Source: Candidatus Gastranaerophilales bacterium
GTDB taxonomy: Bacteria; Cyanobacteriota; Vampirovibrionia; Gastranaerophilales; Gastranaerophilaceae
Assembly (NCBI GenBank): GCA_944325625.1
Contig: CALVAP010000001.1
Location: 9,649-73,648 of the forward strand
Reading direction: 5' to 3'
Length of the DNA: 64,000 nt
Each line of letters begins with the position of its first letter. The stretch's first letter is position 1. Below are positions 46,147 to 55,221 of this stretch, one piece after another. A program made the translations under genes and the position numbers. The notes under the pieces were generated by a model. That model was not told where the DNA came from. It worked only from the letters and a program-made list of their open reading frames with translations, and searched no databases.

Positions 46147-47436
46147 ATGAAGATTTGGATTGAAGATATAAAAGATTATGAGGGACAAGAAATAACCCTA
46201 AAAGCTTGGCTATATAATAAGCGTTCAAGCGGGAAGTTGCACTTTTTACAACTTAGGGATGGAACTGCTGAAATTCAAGCAGTAGTTTTCAAAGGGAACG
46301 TATCGGATGAAGTGTTCGAGCTTGCTGATAAAATTTCACAAGAATCGACAATCGAAGTTACCGGTGTGGTCAAAAAACATGACCGCTCAAAAATTGGTTA
46401 TGAAATTGATGCTAAAGATGTAAAAGTCCTTTTTGATAGTGTAGATTATCCGATTACGCCAAAAGAACATGGTAATCATTTTCTTATGGAGCATAGACAT
46501 TTATGGCTCCGTTCTCTTCGTCAGAAAGCTATTCTAACAGTTCGACACCGAATTATTAAGTCAATTCGTGATTTCTTTGACAGTAAAAAGTTTCATCTTG
46601 TGGATGCTCCGATATTTACACCAAATGCTTGTGAGGGAACGACAAACCTTTTTGAAACAACTTATTTTGATGATAAAGCGTATTTGACGCAAAGCGGTCA
46701 GCTATATATGGAGGCTGCTGCTATGGCATTAGGAAAGGTTTATTGTTTTGGTCCAACATTTAGGGCGGAAAAGTCTAAGACCCGTAGACATTTGACCGAG
46801 TTTTGGATGGTTGAGCCGGAGGTTGCTTTCTTTAACCTTCAAGATGATATGGATTTGGCTGAAGAGATGGTTGAATACATTGTTCAGCAGGTTCTACAAC
46901 ACAATCGCAGTGAATTGGAACTTTTAGAACGGGATATTTCCAAGTTGGAAAATGTCAAACGTCCGTTCCCGAGAATTTCTTATGATGAAGCAATTGAAAT
47001 TCTTCATAAAAAAGGTAATGACACGCCTTGGGGTGAAGATTTTGGCGGGGATGAAGAAACTCTTATTTCACAAGAGTTTGACAGACCTGTTATGATACAT
47101 CGTTACCCGAGGGATGTAAAGGCGTTTTATATGAAGCAAGACCCAGAAAATCCAAAACTTGCGTTGTGTGTCGACATGATTGCGCCCGAAGGATATGGTG
47201 AAATTATAGGCGGAGGACAACGTGAGGAGGATATTCAAAAACTTCGTGAAAAGATGAAGGAACAAGGGCTTGATGAAAGCATTTTTGATTGGTACATGGA
47301 TTTGAGAAAATATGGTTCATGCGAGCATGCCGGATTTGGTTTGGGAATTGAGCGAACAGTTTCCTGGTTATGCGGACTTCACCACGTACGTGAGACTATT
47401 CCATTCCCCAGATTAATGGATAGGATTAAGCCTTAG
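46147..47436 (+). CDS. asnS: Asparagine--tRNA ligase
   Basis: 429 aa. [12 protein letters not shown] (OB domain), [19 protein letters not shown] (class II motif 2), [10 protein letters not shown] (motif 3). Confidence 0.9.
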   Translation: MKIWIEDIKDYEGQEITLKAWLYNKRSSGKLHFLQLRDGTAEIQAVVFKGNVSDEVFELADKISQESTIEVTGVVKKHDRSKIGYEIDAKDVKVLFDSVDYPITPKEHGNHFLMEHRHLWLRSLRQKAILTVRHRIIKSIRDFFDSKKFHLVDAPIFTPNACEGTTNLFETTYFDDKAYLTQSGQLYMEAAAMALGKVYCFGPTFRAEKSKTRRHLTEFWMVEPEVAFFNLQDDMDLAEEMVEYIVQQVLQHNRSELELLERDISKLENVKRPFPRISYDEAIEILHKKGNDTPWGEDFGGDEETLISQEFDRPVMIHRYPRDVKAFYMKQDPENPKLALCVDMIAPEGYGEIIGGGQREEDIQKLREKMKEQGLDESIFDWYMDLRKYGSCEHAGFGLGIERTVSWLCGLHHVRETIPFPRLMDRIKP

Positions 47437-47538
47437 CCATAAAATTTATTAATTATTGTTAAAAAACAAAGCTAAAAGTAGCAAAAGTGAACTTTTATCG
47501 ACTTAGAATAAACGTTCTTATTTATACACCGGCAAAAC

Positions 47539-49098
47539 ATGATAACAAAAAAAGTAGCAGCAAGTGCTAAAAATTATATTATAAATCCGACAAATACACG
47601 CAAGTTCATAACTCATTTGAACAAGGCAGGAGTGCTTTTGCCCGTAATTTTGCTGGAGTCAACAGTAACCGGTGGAAGAACGTATCAGGCATATAAACGA
47701 GGGGGGTATACAGAAGCACGGGAACGTTTTTGTGAAGAAACGACCGGGGCAGTTTTTTGGCTTGGTGGGGTTAAGGCCTTTAATGCCATAGGTAATTGGA
47801 TTGGAAAAAAATATCTTGGGATAAAGGATCCGACCTTTTCTTTGGCAAAAGATGCAGTTAGAACTCCTTTTGATAATTTGGTAAGAGATAAGAACCTTGA
47901 TTCTGTAAAAAAGAAGCTTATAACATTTAAGTTTACAAAAGTTGCGGCTGCAGTGGTTGCAGCTGGAGGTTTTTTGGGTTTTGTAGTGCCTAAGATTAAC
48001 CAGAGTATTACACGAAAAATGCTTAAATCTGCAAAGAAAAAAGAAGAAAAAAAATCTCAAATTTCAGTTACGCAGAGCATTAACATGATTAACGATATGA
48101 ATAGCTTTGTTAGTAAAACAGGCAGTTCTAAACCATCGTTTAAGGGTATATCTCTAAATACTTTTGCTACAATTACGAATAACTTAGAAAATCATGACAT
48201 TTATAAACTCTTAGCGACAGATACGGGGGTTCTTGCCGGTAGAACATACAATGCCCGTAATAATGATGAAAGATTAGAAATTTTTGTTCGTGATGCTGGG
48301 TCTATTTATTTTTACTTGAGATGTAAAGATGATGTTATAGCATTTTTGCAAAAGCATGACGGATTTGGCGGTAAGTTATCAAAACTGGATCCTATGACTG
48401 CAATGCGTGTTCATAACGTTATAGTAGAGCAGCTGATGAGACACTCTAAGGGTGAGGATAGAAAATTTGATATAGACACTGTCCGTCAGTATGTTCTGGG
48501 CTCAAATCCAAAACAAGTAGAAGAAGATTTGAACAAGATAAAGTTTAAAAATGGTGATATTATAGCGCTTAAAGACTTTGAGAAATTGGCAAAAGACGCA
48601 GGAATTAAGGTTGATAATGCAATGCTTAAGAAAGCCCAAAGGATGTCAACCTTACAACCTCAGCGTATGTTATCAGATATCGGAATTGATGAGGTCGGAG
48701 GTATTTTGACAAAACAACAGGTTAAAGACATACTTAGTGATAGCCTTGTTTCTCGACCTTCGTTTATCAAAAAAGTTCTCAAATACTCTTTTGATGGTGA
48801 TTTGACAGATGCATACAAGTTTGTAGCTAATAAAGATATCGAGAATTTGAGAAATAATATTGATGCCTATGTAAAGGCAATTTTGGAGTACGCAAGAAAA
48901 AATAAGATAAATGAATTTACTCCCGATTTGTTATTGGAGGTTAACAGAAAAAATTATATTCGCTATGCATTCAATATAGCTGGCGGATTGGGTGTTTCGG
49001 CACTATTCCTTTCTACTATAATACCTAAATTACAATATTGGATTACCAAACAAAGAACAGGTTCGGATTCATTCCCAGGTGTAAAAGATATTAAGTAA
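47539..49098 (+). CDS. Hypothetical membrane protein with internal GRTY-motif duplication
   Basis: 519 aa. Hydrophobic segments at VAAAVVAAGGFLGFVV and the C-terminal GGLGVSALFLSTII. No recognised family. Confidence 0.55.
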   Translation: MITKKVAASAKNYIINPTNTRKFITHLNKAGVLLPVILLESTVTGGRTYQAYKRGGYTEARERFCEETTGAVFWLGGVKAFNAIGNWIGKKYLGIKDPTFSLAKDAVRTPFDNLVRDKNLDSVKKKLITFKFTKVAAAVVAAGGFLGFVVPKINQSITRKMLKSAKKKEEKKSQISVTQSINMINDMNSFVSKTGSSKPSFKGISLNTFATITNNLENHDIYKLLATDTGVLAGRTYNARNNDERLEIFVRDAGSIYFYLRCKDDVIAFLQKHDGFGGKLSKLDPMTAMRVHNVIVEQLMRHSKGEDRKFDIDTVRQYVLGSNPKQVEEDLNKIKFKNGDIIALKDFEKLAKDAGIKVDNAMLKKAQRMSTLQPQRMLSDIGIDEVGGILTKQQVKDILSDSLVSRPSFIKKVLKYSFDGDLTDAYKFVANKDIENLRNNIDAYVKAILEYARKNKINEFTPDLLLEVNRKNYIRYAFNIAGGLGVSALFLSTIIPKLQYWITKQRTGSDSFPGVKDIK

Positions 49099-49111
49099 TA
49101 AAGTTTTTTTG

Positions 49112-49120
49112 TGGTACAAT
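49112..49120 (+). promoter_or_regulatory. Extended -10 element (TGgTACAAT) upstream of the OPA-family transporter gene
   Basis: gTGGTACAAT at 49112-49120, about 70 nt before the ATG at 49190. Confidence 0.4.
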
Positions 49121-49189
49121 TGAAGTGACGCAGGAGTTGCTTGATTTGTAGCAGGTTGTGTGTGATTTTACTGAGAGAGGGAATTTTCA

Positions 49190-50572
49190 ATGTTATTTTT
49201 TGATTTTTTTAAGGAACCGCCTTATGCAGAACCGATTAAGGACGAAACAGAAATCAAGAAAAAATATAAGCATTTTCGTTGGCGAATGTTTTATTCGTGT
49301 TTTATAGGTTATATAGTTTTTCACTTTGTTAAGAAAAATTTGGCTGTGGCTATGCCTGATCTAGCGTCTGATTTGGGTTATTCAAACACCGAGTTGGGGG
49401 TTTTGGGTGCATCTTTATATTTGACTTATGGAGTAGGAAAGTTTGTCAACGGGATTCTTTCTGATAGTGCAAATGTAAGAAAGTTTATGCCGACTGCACT
49501 TTTAATGTCGGCAATATCTAACCTTTTATTCCTTGCTAGTGCAACATTCATAACTCCAGGAGAAGTTACATTTTTAGGTTTACCTTCGGGTTCAATATTA
49601 CTGTGGCTTTTGGTGTTTTTCTGGGGGGCCAATGGTTGGTTTCAATCAGGAGGATTTCCTCCTATTGCAAAAACTCTTTCGTATTGGTATTCCAATCCGG
49701 AGCGAGGTAGAGTTTGGGCTTTGTGGTCAACATCGCATCAATTTGGGGTTATGGTAAGTGTTTATCTTTCGGGGTATTGTATTAATTTGATGGGCTGGAA
49801 GGGTGCTTTCATAATTCCCTCTATTTTGTGTATAATTTGTGCTTTCTGGCTTTATGACAGACTTCGTGACAGACCTCAGACCATCGGTTTGCCTGACATT
49901 GAAGTTTATAAAGGTACCGTAAGTAGTGAATGCGCGGTAGATGAAGACAAAAGAGGATATTTCCAAATATACAAAGAAAGTATATTGTGTAACAAAATTA
50001 TGTGGCTTCTGGCTATTTCATATGTATTTGTATATGTAATCAGGTATGGTACAGAGGATTGGCTGGTTAAGTACCTTGTTGAAGATAAGGGTAATTCACT
50101 CACACTGGCAACGTCTAAGCTGAGTGTGCTTGCAGGAGCAGGAATATTCGGTGTTATGGCTTCGGGCACTGTTTCGGATATGGTGTTTGGAGGAAAAAGA
50201 GCGCCTGTAAATGTTATATATCTTGTGGGAGTCGTTCTTAGCATATTAGGAATTTGCTTTACTCCTGCGAATATGCATTGGTTGGATTTTGTATGTGCAG
50301 CTGCTATCGGATTTTTTACCGGCGGACCGCAAATGCTTATTGGTGGACTTTGTGCAATTGAGGCAAGCTCTAAAAAAGTTGCTTCTGCCGCTACCGGATT
50401 TACGGGCGTATTTGGGTATTTGGGGGCTGTGTTGTCTTCTATGGGTACAGGGTATGTAGTTGACAAAATGGGCTGGAATGGTGCAATTGGTTTTTGGGTT
50501 GCTTCGGCTGTTATTTGTATTTTGATATGTCTTGTCTTGCTTAAAAACGAGTATTCTCGTAAGGCATGCTAA
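49190..50572 (+). CDS. MFS organophosphate:phosphate antiporter family transporter (GlpT/UhpC-like)
   Basis: 460 aa. FIGYIVFHFVKKNLAVAMP, LTYGVGKFVNGILSDSANVRKF resembles the OPA-family signature. 12-TM layout. Confidence 0.8.
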   Translation: MLFFDFFKEPPYAEPIKDETEIKKKYKHFRWRMFYSCFIGYIVFHFVKKNLAVAMPDLASDLGYSNTELGVLGASLYLTYGVGKFVNGILSDSANVRKFMPTALLMSAISNLLFLASATFITPGEVTFLGLPSGSILLWLLVFFWGANGWFQSGGFPPIAKTLSYWYSNPERGRVWALWSTSHQFGVMVSVYLSGYCINLMGWKGAFIIPSILCIICAFWLYDRLRDRPQTIGLPDIEVYKGTVSSECAVDEDKRGYFQIYKESILCNKIMWLLAISYVFVYVIRYGTEDWLVKYLVEDKGNSLTLATSKLSVLAGAGIFGVMASGTVSDMVFGGKRAPVNVIYLVGVVLSILGICFTPANMHWLDFVCAAAIGFFTGGPQMLIGGLCAIEASSKKVASAATGFTGVFGYLGAVLSSMGTGYVVDKMGWNGAIGFWVASAVICILICLVLLKNEYSRKAC

Positions 50573-51530
50573 GTCTTAGCATTGTTTCACCGTTGCAGAT
50601 GTTTATGATTGAACAATTGCATTTAAGTTTTTTAATTAGTACTCGCCATGTATTTTTGGTAAAAGGTTTAAGATTTTGAAAGTTACCTTTTGCCAAAAAT
50701 TCTATTATAAAATTCTTTTTATCTGCGTATGAAATGACTTCGATGGTGCTTTGCTTTTCACAATTACTCAATATTTGATAACAAGCATTTAGTATAAGTC
50801 TTGATAAAAGTATTTTGTTGCAGCTTATTTTAGCATCAAGATTTCTGAATATAAATCTGTTCTGATTGAGTTCTGCTATTGCATCAAGACATAGACAGGC
50901 ATTTTCTATTAATATCTTTGTTCTTATTGTATCTTTGTTTTTATCTTGTTGATTTCTGTTGAGTGTGTTTTTTGTCATATCATCAATAAAAATTAACAAT
51001 TGTTGAAATATAAAGTTCGCTTTCTGTGTTAATTTTATCGGGCATGATGATGGAGTTGTTAATTTGTTTATTTGCGCCGAAATCGCAGCAAAAGAGAGTT
51101 TGCATTCACTGAGTATAAGTAAGATTATCTTCTGCTTGTAGTTAATTGTGTATAGCTTTTTGTTAAAGTTGTGTTTATGCGCGTAAATTTTTTTATTCTT
51201 TTGCTTAATGTTATATGTTGTTAAGCTGGTGAGGATAAATTTTTTTGTTTTAAACTTATGGTTTTGGGAGTATTTGTGCTTTAAATGATTATATATTTTC
51301 TGTTTTTTGTATGCATAGTGAAGGTTTTGTTTATTCATTTCAAACAGCCGTTTAATCTGTTTCATTTTGTGGGTGGATTCTATTTTACAGGCGGGTATAG
51401 ACTTGAATTTGAAGGAATTTAGAAATTCTGTGTAATCTATATTATCTTTTTTAAAACGGTTACACTTGTGCAAAAGGCTAATGAATATGTTGTTTTTTCT
51501 TTTATATGCTTGAGCTGCAATCTTTTCCAT
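50541..51530 (-). CDS. Hypothetical K/N-rich protein with degenerate GHKL/histidine-kinase-like C-terminal region
   Basis: 329 aa. The C-terminal LLSRLILNACYQILSNCEKQSTIEVISYADKKNFIIEFLAKGNF...GETMLRLSMP follows the N-box/G-box spacing of HATPase_c but lacks the Asp/Gly residues. No clear H-box. Confidence 0.5.
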   Translation of the reverse strand: MEKIAAQAYKRKNNIFISLLHKCNRFKKDNIDYTEFLNSFKFKSIPACKIESTHKMKQIKRLFEMNKQNLHYAYKKQKIYNHLKHKYSQNHKFKTKKFILTSLTTYNIKQKNKKIYAHKHNFNKKLYTINYKQKIILLILSECKLSFAAISAQINKLTTPSSCPIKLTQKANFIFQQLLIFIDDMTKNTLNRNQQDKNKDTIRTKILIENACLCLDAIAELNQNRFIFRNLDAKISCNKILLSRLILNACYQILSNCEKQSTIEVISYADKKNFIIEFLAKGNFQNLKPFTKNTWRVLIKKLKCNCSIINICNGETMLRLSMPYENTRF

Positions 51531-51593
51531 ACAACAATCTCACTTCAACTTACGTTATTTTTAATATAACATCGAGTTACAGTGAGATTGTTG
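51531..51593 (-). promoter_or_regulatory. 13-bp inverted repeat abutting the start codon of the K/N-rich gene (candidate translational control hairpin)
   Basis: acaacaatctcac (51531-51543) pairs with gtgagattgttgt-like agtgagattgttg (51581-51593), with a 36-nt loop. On the mRNA the 3' arm ends immediately before the AUG. Confidence 0.4.
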
Positions 51594-51637
51594 GTATATT
51601 TTCCGTTTTGTTTTTTATGAGAGTTTGTTAAAAATAT

Positions 51638-52861
51638 TTATACTAATTTAACGAATTTGCGTTTACCTGCTTGAAGAACGCCTTTTGAGGAAATAACAAA
51701 ATTAATATCAGAAATTTTTTCATTCTCAAATTTGACAGCACCCTGCTGAATAAGTCTTTTTGCTTCACCTTTTGAGGCTGTGAAGTTTAGTTCTACAAGT
51801 AAATCTACAAGGGCTTTTTCTCCATTTAATTCGTATTGAGGAACGTCTGTTGGAACGCCTTTTTTCTGAACTACGTTAATGAATTCATTTTGAGCTTCTA
51901 TTGCAGCCGCTTCTCCGTGGTATTCCTTTGTTATGGTGAATGCCAGTTTCATCTTTATGTCTCTTGGGTTTTCGGTTTTAATTTTTTGTTCGATTTCTTT
52001 AAGTTCCTCGCTCGAAACATCAGTAAGAAGCATAAAATATCTGCTAATTAAAGTATCCGGAATAGACATAAGTTTTCCGTACATATTTTTAGGGTCTTCT
52101 GTAATAGATATACAGTGTTCAGGATACGATTTTGACATTTTAATCACGCCATCTGTACCTTCCAGTAACGGAAGAAGCATAGCAAGTTGGGATTCTTCTC
52201 GGCCATATGCGCTTTGAATTTCTCGACCAAGTAATATATTAAATCTTTGGTCTGTTCCGCCGAGTTCAATATCAGCATCAATTTCTACAGAGTCATATGC
52301 TTGCATAAGCGGGTAGAAAAATTCGTGAATAGAAATTGGTTTAGCCTCATCAAAACGTTTTTTGAAATCATCCCTTGTCATCATTTGAGCAACAGTCACC
52401 TTAGACGCCAGTTTCAAAAGGTCTGTCAGTTGCATTTTATGCAGCCAATCAGCGTTGTTAACAATTTCTGCGCTTTCAATATCTACAACTTTTGACATTT
52501 GATCAAAATATGTTTTGGCATTATATTCAACTTGTTCTTTAGTAAGGCTTGGTCGAGTCTCAGATTTCCCTGACGGGTCACCAATCATTGCTGTTGCACC
52601 GCCTACGAGAAGAATTATTTTATGTCCAAGTTTTTGAAATTCTTTTAGTTTCCTCATTACAACTGTATGACCAAGGTGCAAATCAGGTCTTGTCGGATCC
52701 ATTCCAAGCTTGATTCTTAATGGTTTATTGGTTTGCGCTGACTTTTGAAGTTTATGAGCCAGAGCCATAACACCATCAGGTAATATTTCTGTTCCTCTTG
52801 CTATGAATTCAGCTTGTTTTATAAATTCAGGTTTTATAACAATTTTTTCGGTTGTGGACAT
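51638..52861 (-). CDS. tyrS: Tyrosine--tRNA ligase
   Basis: HLGH (HIGH), KMSKS, and a C-terminal S4-like domain (GEAKRLIQQGAVKFENEK). Confidence 0.92.
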   Translation of the reverse strand: MSTTEKIVIKPEFIKQAEFIARGTEILPDGVMALAHKLQKSAQTNKPLRIKLGMDPTRPDLHLGHTVVMRKLKEFQKLGHKIILLVGGATAMIGDPSGKSETRPSLTKEQVEYNAKTYFDQMSKVVDIESAEIVNNADWLHKMQLTDLLKLASKVTVAQMMTRDDFKKRFDEAKPISIHEFFYPLMQAYDSVEIDADIELGGTDQRFNILLGREIQSAYGREESQLAMLLPLLEGTDGVIKMSKSYPEHCISITEDPKNMYGKLMSIPDTLISRYFMLLTDVSSEELKEIEQKIKTENPRDIKMKLAFTITKEYHGEAAAIEAQNEFINVVQKKGVPTDVPQYELNGEKALVDLLVELNFTASKGEAKRLIQQGAVKFENEKISDINFVISSKGVLQAGKRKFVKLV

Positions 52862-52947
52862 TTCTATAATTCCTTTCTTTGTTCTCTTGTGTCCATTATA
52901 TTACAAAAAAGAATTAAGTTGTAAAAGCTTCTTCACTTTTAGAATAA

Positions 52948-52978
52948 AACGCGCCTCCATATGTAATGGAGGCGCGTT
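52948..52978 (-). terminator. Rho-independent terminator of the small wHTH gene
   Basis: aacgcgcctccat-atgta-atggaggcgcgtt with a T-run on the minus strand. Confidence 0.85.
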
Positions 52979-52999
52979 AATTAAAAAACTTTGTTTAAA

Positions 53000-53197
53000 C
53001 TATTTAAGTCTAACTTTAGTGTGAGAACCGTTTCTGTACATTTCAATTTTGTCTTCTCTTGCGAGCCAGCCAAGTCCCATTTCTGCAAAGTTACCTGCAA
53101 GATCAAGGTCTTTTCTCATTTTTGACAAAGATACTTCACCGTTAGTGTTTAAGTATTCCCAGATTTGTCCTGCTGATTGTCCGATAGTTTCCATCAT
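53000..53197 (-). CDS. Small winged-helix domain protein (DUF2582-like)
   Basis: 65 aa from ATG 53197 (RBS AGGAGGAAAAA). IGQSAGQIWEYLNTNGEVSLSKMRKDL...GWLAREDKI. Confidence 0.6.
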   Translation of the reverse strand: MMETIGQSAGQIWEYLNTNGEVSLSKMRKDLDLAGNFAEMGLGWLAREDKIEMYRNGSHTKVRLK

Positions 53198-53323
53198 TTT
53201 TTCCTCCTGATTGTTTGATGATTTTCTAAGTAAAGATTTTAACATTTTCTTTTCCTTGTCCTTTAACTGATGTCTTGTTTATTATATAATACAAAAAAGG
53301 ATTTTTGTAAATGGAGTTTAGAT

Positions 53324-53824
53324 ATGAATCATCTTTTAAGAGGAAATGCATGGAAATATGGAGATAATGTTGATACCGATGTTATAATACCGGCAAGGTA
53401 TTTGAATACATCTAATGAACAAGAATTGGCAGCACATTGCATGGAAGATATTGACTCAACTTTTGCTCAAAAAGTTCATCCAAATGATGTAATTGTTGCA
53501 GGAGAAAATTTTGGATGCGGTTCATCTCGTGAGCATGCTCCTATTGCAATCAAGGCTTGTGGTGTAAGTATTGTAATTGCAAAGTCATTTGCTCGAATTT
53601 TTTTCAGAAATGCTATAAATATTGGATTGCCCATATTAGAGCATCCGACCTTTTCGGATGAAGTGTCAAAAGATGATGTTATTGAGGTAAATCTTTCGGA
53701 GGGAATTTTGAAAAACCTTACTACCGGAAAAACATATCAATGCAGTGCTTTCCCAAAAGAGATACAGAATTTAATTCAACAAGGCGGATTGATAAATTAT
53801 ACAAAAAATAAGTTAGGAGTTTAA
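53324..53824 (+). CDS. leuD: 3-isopropylmalate dehydratase small subunit
   Basis: [37 protein letters not shown] 53324 follows GGAG. The track ORF starts earlier, at 53270. Confidence 0.9.
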   Translation: MNHLLRGNAWKYGDNVDTDVIIPARYLNTSNEQELAAHCMEDIDSTFAQKVHPNDVIVAGENFGCGSSREHAPIAIKACGVSIVIAKSFARIFFRNAINIGLPILEHPTFSDEVSKDDVIEVNLSEGILKNLTTGKTYQCSAFPKEIQNLIQQGGLINYTKNKLGV

Positions 53825-54906
53825 TGATGGAATATAAAATTGCTCTATTAGAAGGCGATGGAATTGGACCGGAAGTAGTAGCGGAGGCTGTTAAGGTTCT
53901 TTTGGCAGTTGAGAAAAAGTTTGGTGTGAGGTTTAATTTTGAAAAAGCGTTGATTGGTGGATGTGCTTACGATGAGTATAAAACCCCATTACCTCAGCAG
54001 ACAATTGATATTTGCAAAGCTTCTGATGCTGTAATTTTGGGTGCAGTGGGAGATTGGAAATATGATATGCTCCCGCCAGATGTTAGACCTGAAAAAGCTT
54101 TGCTTGGAATTAGAAAGGCTCTTAATCTTTTCGCCAACTTACGTCCGGCTATTGTATACGACGAGCTTTCTTCATCTTCTACCTTAAAATCGGAAGTTGT
54201 TAGCGGAGTTGATATCATGATTGTAAGGGAGCTTACAGGTGATGTTTATTTCGGTACACCAAGAGGAATTGAGGTTGTTAACGGGGAAAAGGTCGGATAT
54301 AATAACATGATTTATAAGGAAAGTGAGATAGAAAGAATTGCACATGTCGCTTTTCAAACAGCTATGAAGCGGAATAAAAAATTGTGTTCTGTTGATAAGG
54401 CAAATGTTTTAGATGTATCAAGGTTATGGCGTGAAGTTATGGAACGTGTTGCAAAGTCATATCCCGAAGTAACGTTATCACATATGTATGTTGACAATGC
54501 GGCAATGCAGCTTATAAGAGACCCCAAACAGTTCGACGTGATTGTTACAGGAAATATTTTTGGTGATATCCTTTCGGATGAGGCATCTATGTTGGTGGGA
54601 TCTTTGGGAATGCTTGCGAGCGCAAGTTTATCTGACGGGAAAATTGGTATGTATGAACCTATTCACGGCTCTGCACCCGATTTGAGAGGCAAAGACGTAG
54701 TAAATCCTATTGCTACAATATTATCTGCCGCTATGATGATGAAATATAGTTTTTCTCGCTCGGATATTTATGATTCGATAGATAACGCAGTTAAGTTGGT
54801 ACTTAGTGAAGGTTACAGAACTCAGGATATTTATACTGATGCTGTACAAAAACTGGTTGGTACCGCAAAAATGGGCGATTTGATAGCTGAAAAAGTCATT
54901 GCATAA
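53824..54906 (+). CDS. leuB: 3-isopropylmalate dehydrogenase
   Basis: [51 protein letters not shown]. Confidence 0.93.
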   Translation: MMEYKIALLEGDGIGPEVVAEAVKVLLAVEKKFGVRFNFEKALIGGCAYDEYKTPLPQQTIDICKASDAVILGAVGDWKYDMLPPDVRPEKALLGIRKALNLFANLRPAIVYDELSSSSTLKSEVVSGVDIMIVRELTGDVYFGTPRGIEVVNGEKVGYNNMIYKESEIERIAHVAFQTAMKRNKKLCSVDKANVLDVSRLWREVMERVAKSYPEVTLSHMYVDNAAMQLIRDPKQFDVIVTGNIFGDILSDEASMLVGSLGMLASASLSDGKIGMYEPIHGSAPDLRGKDVVNPIATILSAAMMMKYSFSRSDIYDSIDNAVKLVLSEGYRTQDIYTDAVQKLVGTAKMGDLIAEKVIA

Positions 54907-54985
54907 TTCGGGAAAAAATAAGACACTACTTTTGTATTATTCAAAATGTCAATGTTTTTGGCTGAAAAGTCGTTATAATAAGAGT

Positions 54986-55086
54986 GTAGTCAGCTATCAC
55001 CTCAAACACTTAGTTCAGAGATCTGATTTTCGGTGGAAGAAACCGCGTGGCGGTTTGGGTCAAAAAGTGAAAGTATAGCTGACTAT
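54986..55086 (+). ncRNA. Candidate structured RNA (or MITE-like inverted-repeat element), family unknown
   Basis: A 12-bp closing helix joins gtagtcagctat (54986-54997) to atagctgactat (55075-55086). Nested inside are cactt/aagtg (55007-11 with 55065-69), hairpin tcagagatctga (55015-26) and hairpin aaaccgc-gtg-gcggttt (55040-56). TATAAT at 54974-54979 places a start about 7 nt upstream of the helix. Confidence 0.3.
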
Positions 55087-55131
55087 ATATTAATAAAACT
55101 TAATATATAAAACGCACTCTGTGCGCCAATC

Positions 55132-55162
55132 ATGCCTGTAATAACTTGTTGCAGGCATTTTT
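55132..55162 (+). terminator. Rho-independent terminator downstream of the structured element
   Basis: atgcctg-(13-nt loop)-caggcat followed by TTTTT. Lies upstream of the next gene's promoter-like TATAAT boxes. Confidence 0.55.
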
Positions 55163-55221
55163 GGTAGCAATTTTTTCTTATATAATGTTTTATATAATAT
55201 ATATATAAAAGGTAGGTTAAA

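Noticed and set aside
48428-48470. CUGAUGA core (hammerhead ribozyme-like) within the 519-aa gene.
   Set aside because: No stem II pairing, GAAA element or stem III/cleavage-site context could be drawn around it. It lies in an uninterrupted coding frame.
52862-52999. Possible T-box leader upstream of tyrS, with the leader regions of asnS and leuD also checked.
   Set aside because: Only 138 nt are available upstream of tyrS, most of it taken by the terminator of the upstream wHTH gene. No AGGGTGGTACCGCG-like T-box sequence or specifier-loop architecture was seen. The asnS and leuD upstream regions are under 100 nt.
54980-55015. preQ1-I riboswitch resemblance (AGCUAUCACCUC followed by an A-rich tail).
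   Set aside because: The putative P1 needs a bulge, the tail lacks the CUA pseudoknot partner, and the downstream gene is unrelated to queuosine. The same nucleotides are better explained by the 12-bp long-range helix.
54986-55162. Assignment of the structured element to SRP RNA or 6S RNA.
   Set aside because: The conserved SRP domain IV sequence (GGAA tetraloop context and the AGCAGC block) is absent. The fold is multi-branched rather than the long interrupted duplex with a central bubble expected for 6S.
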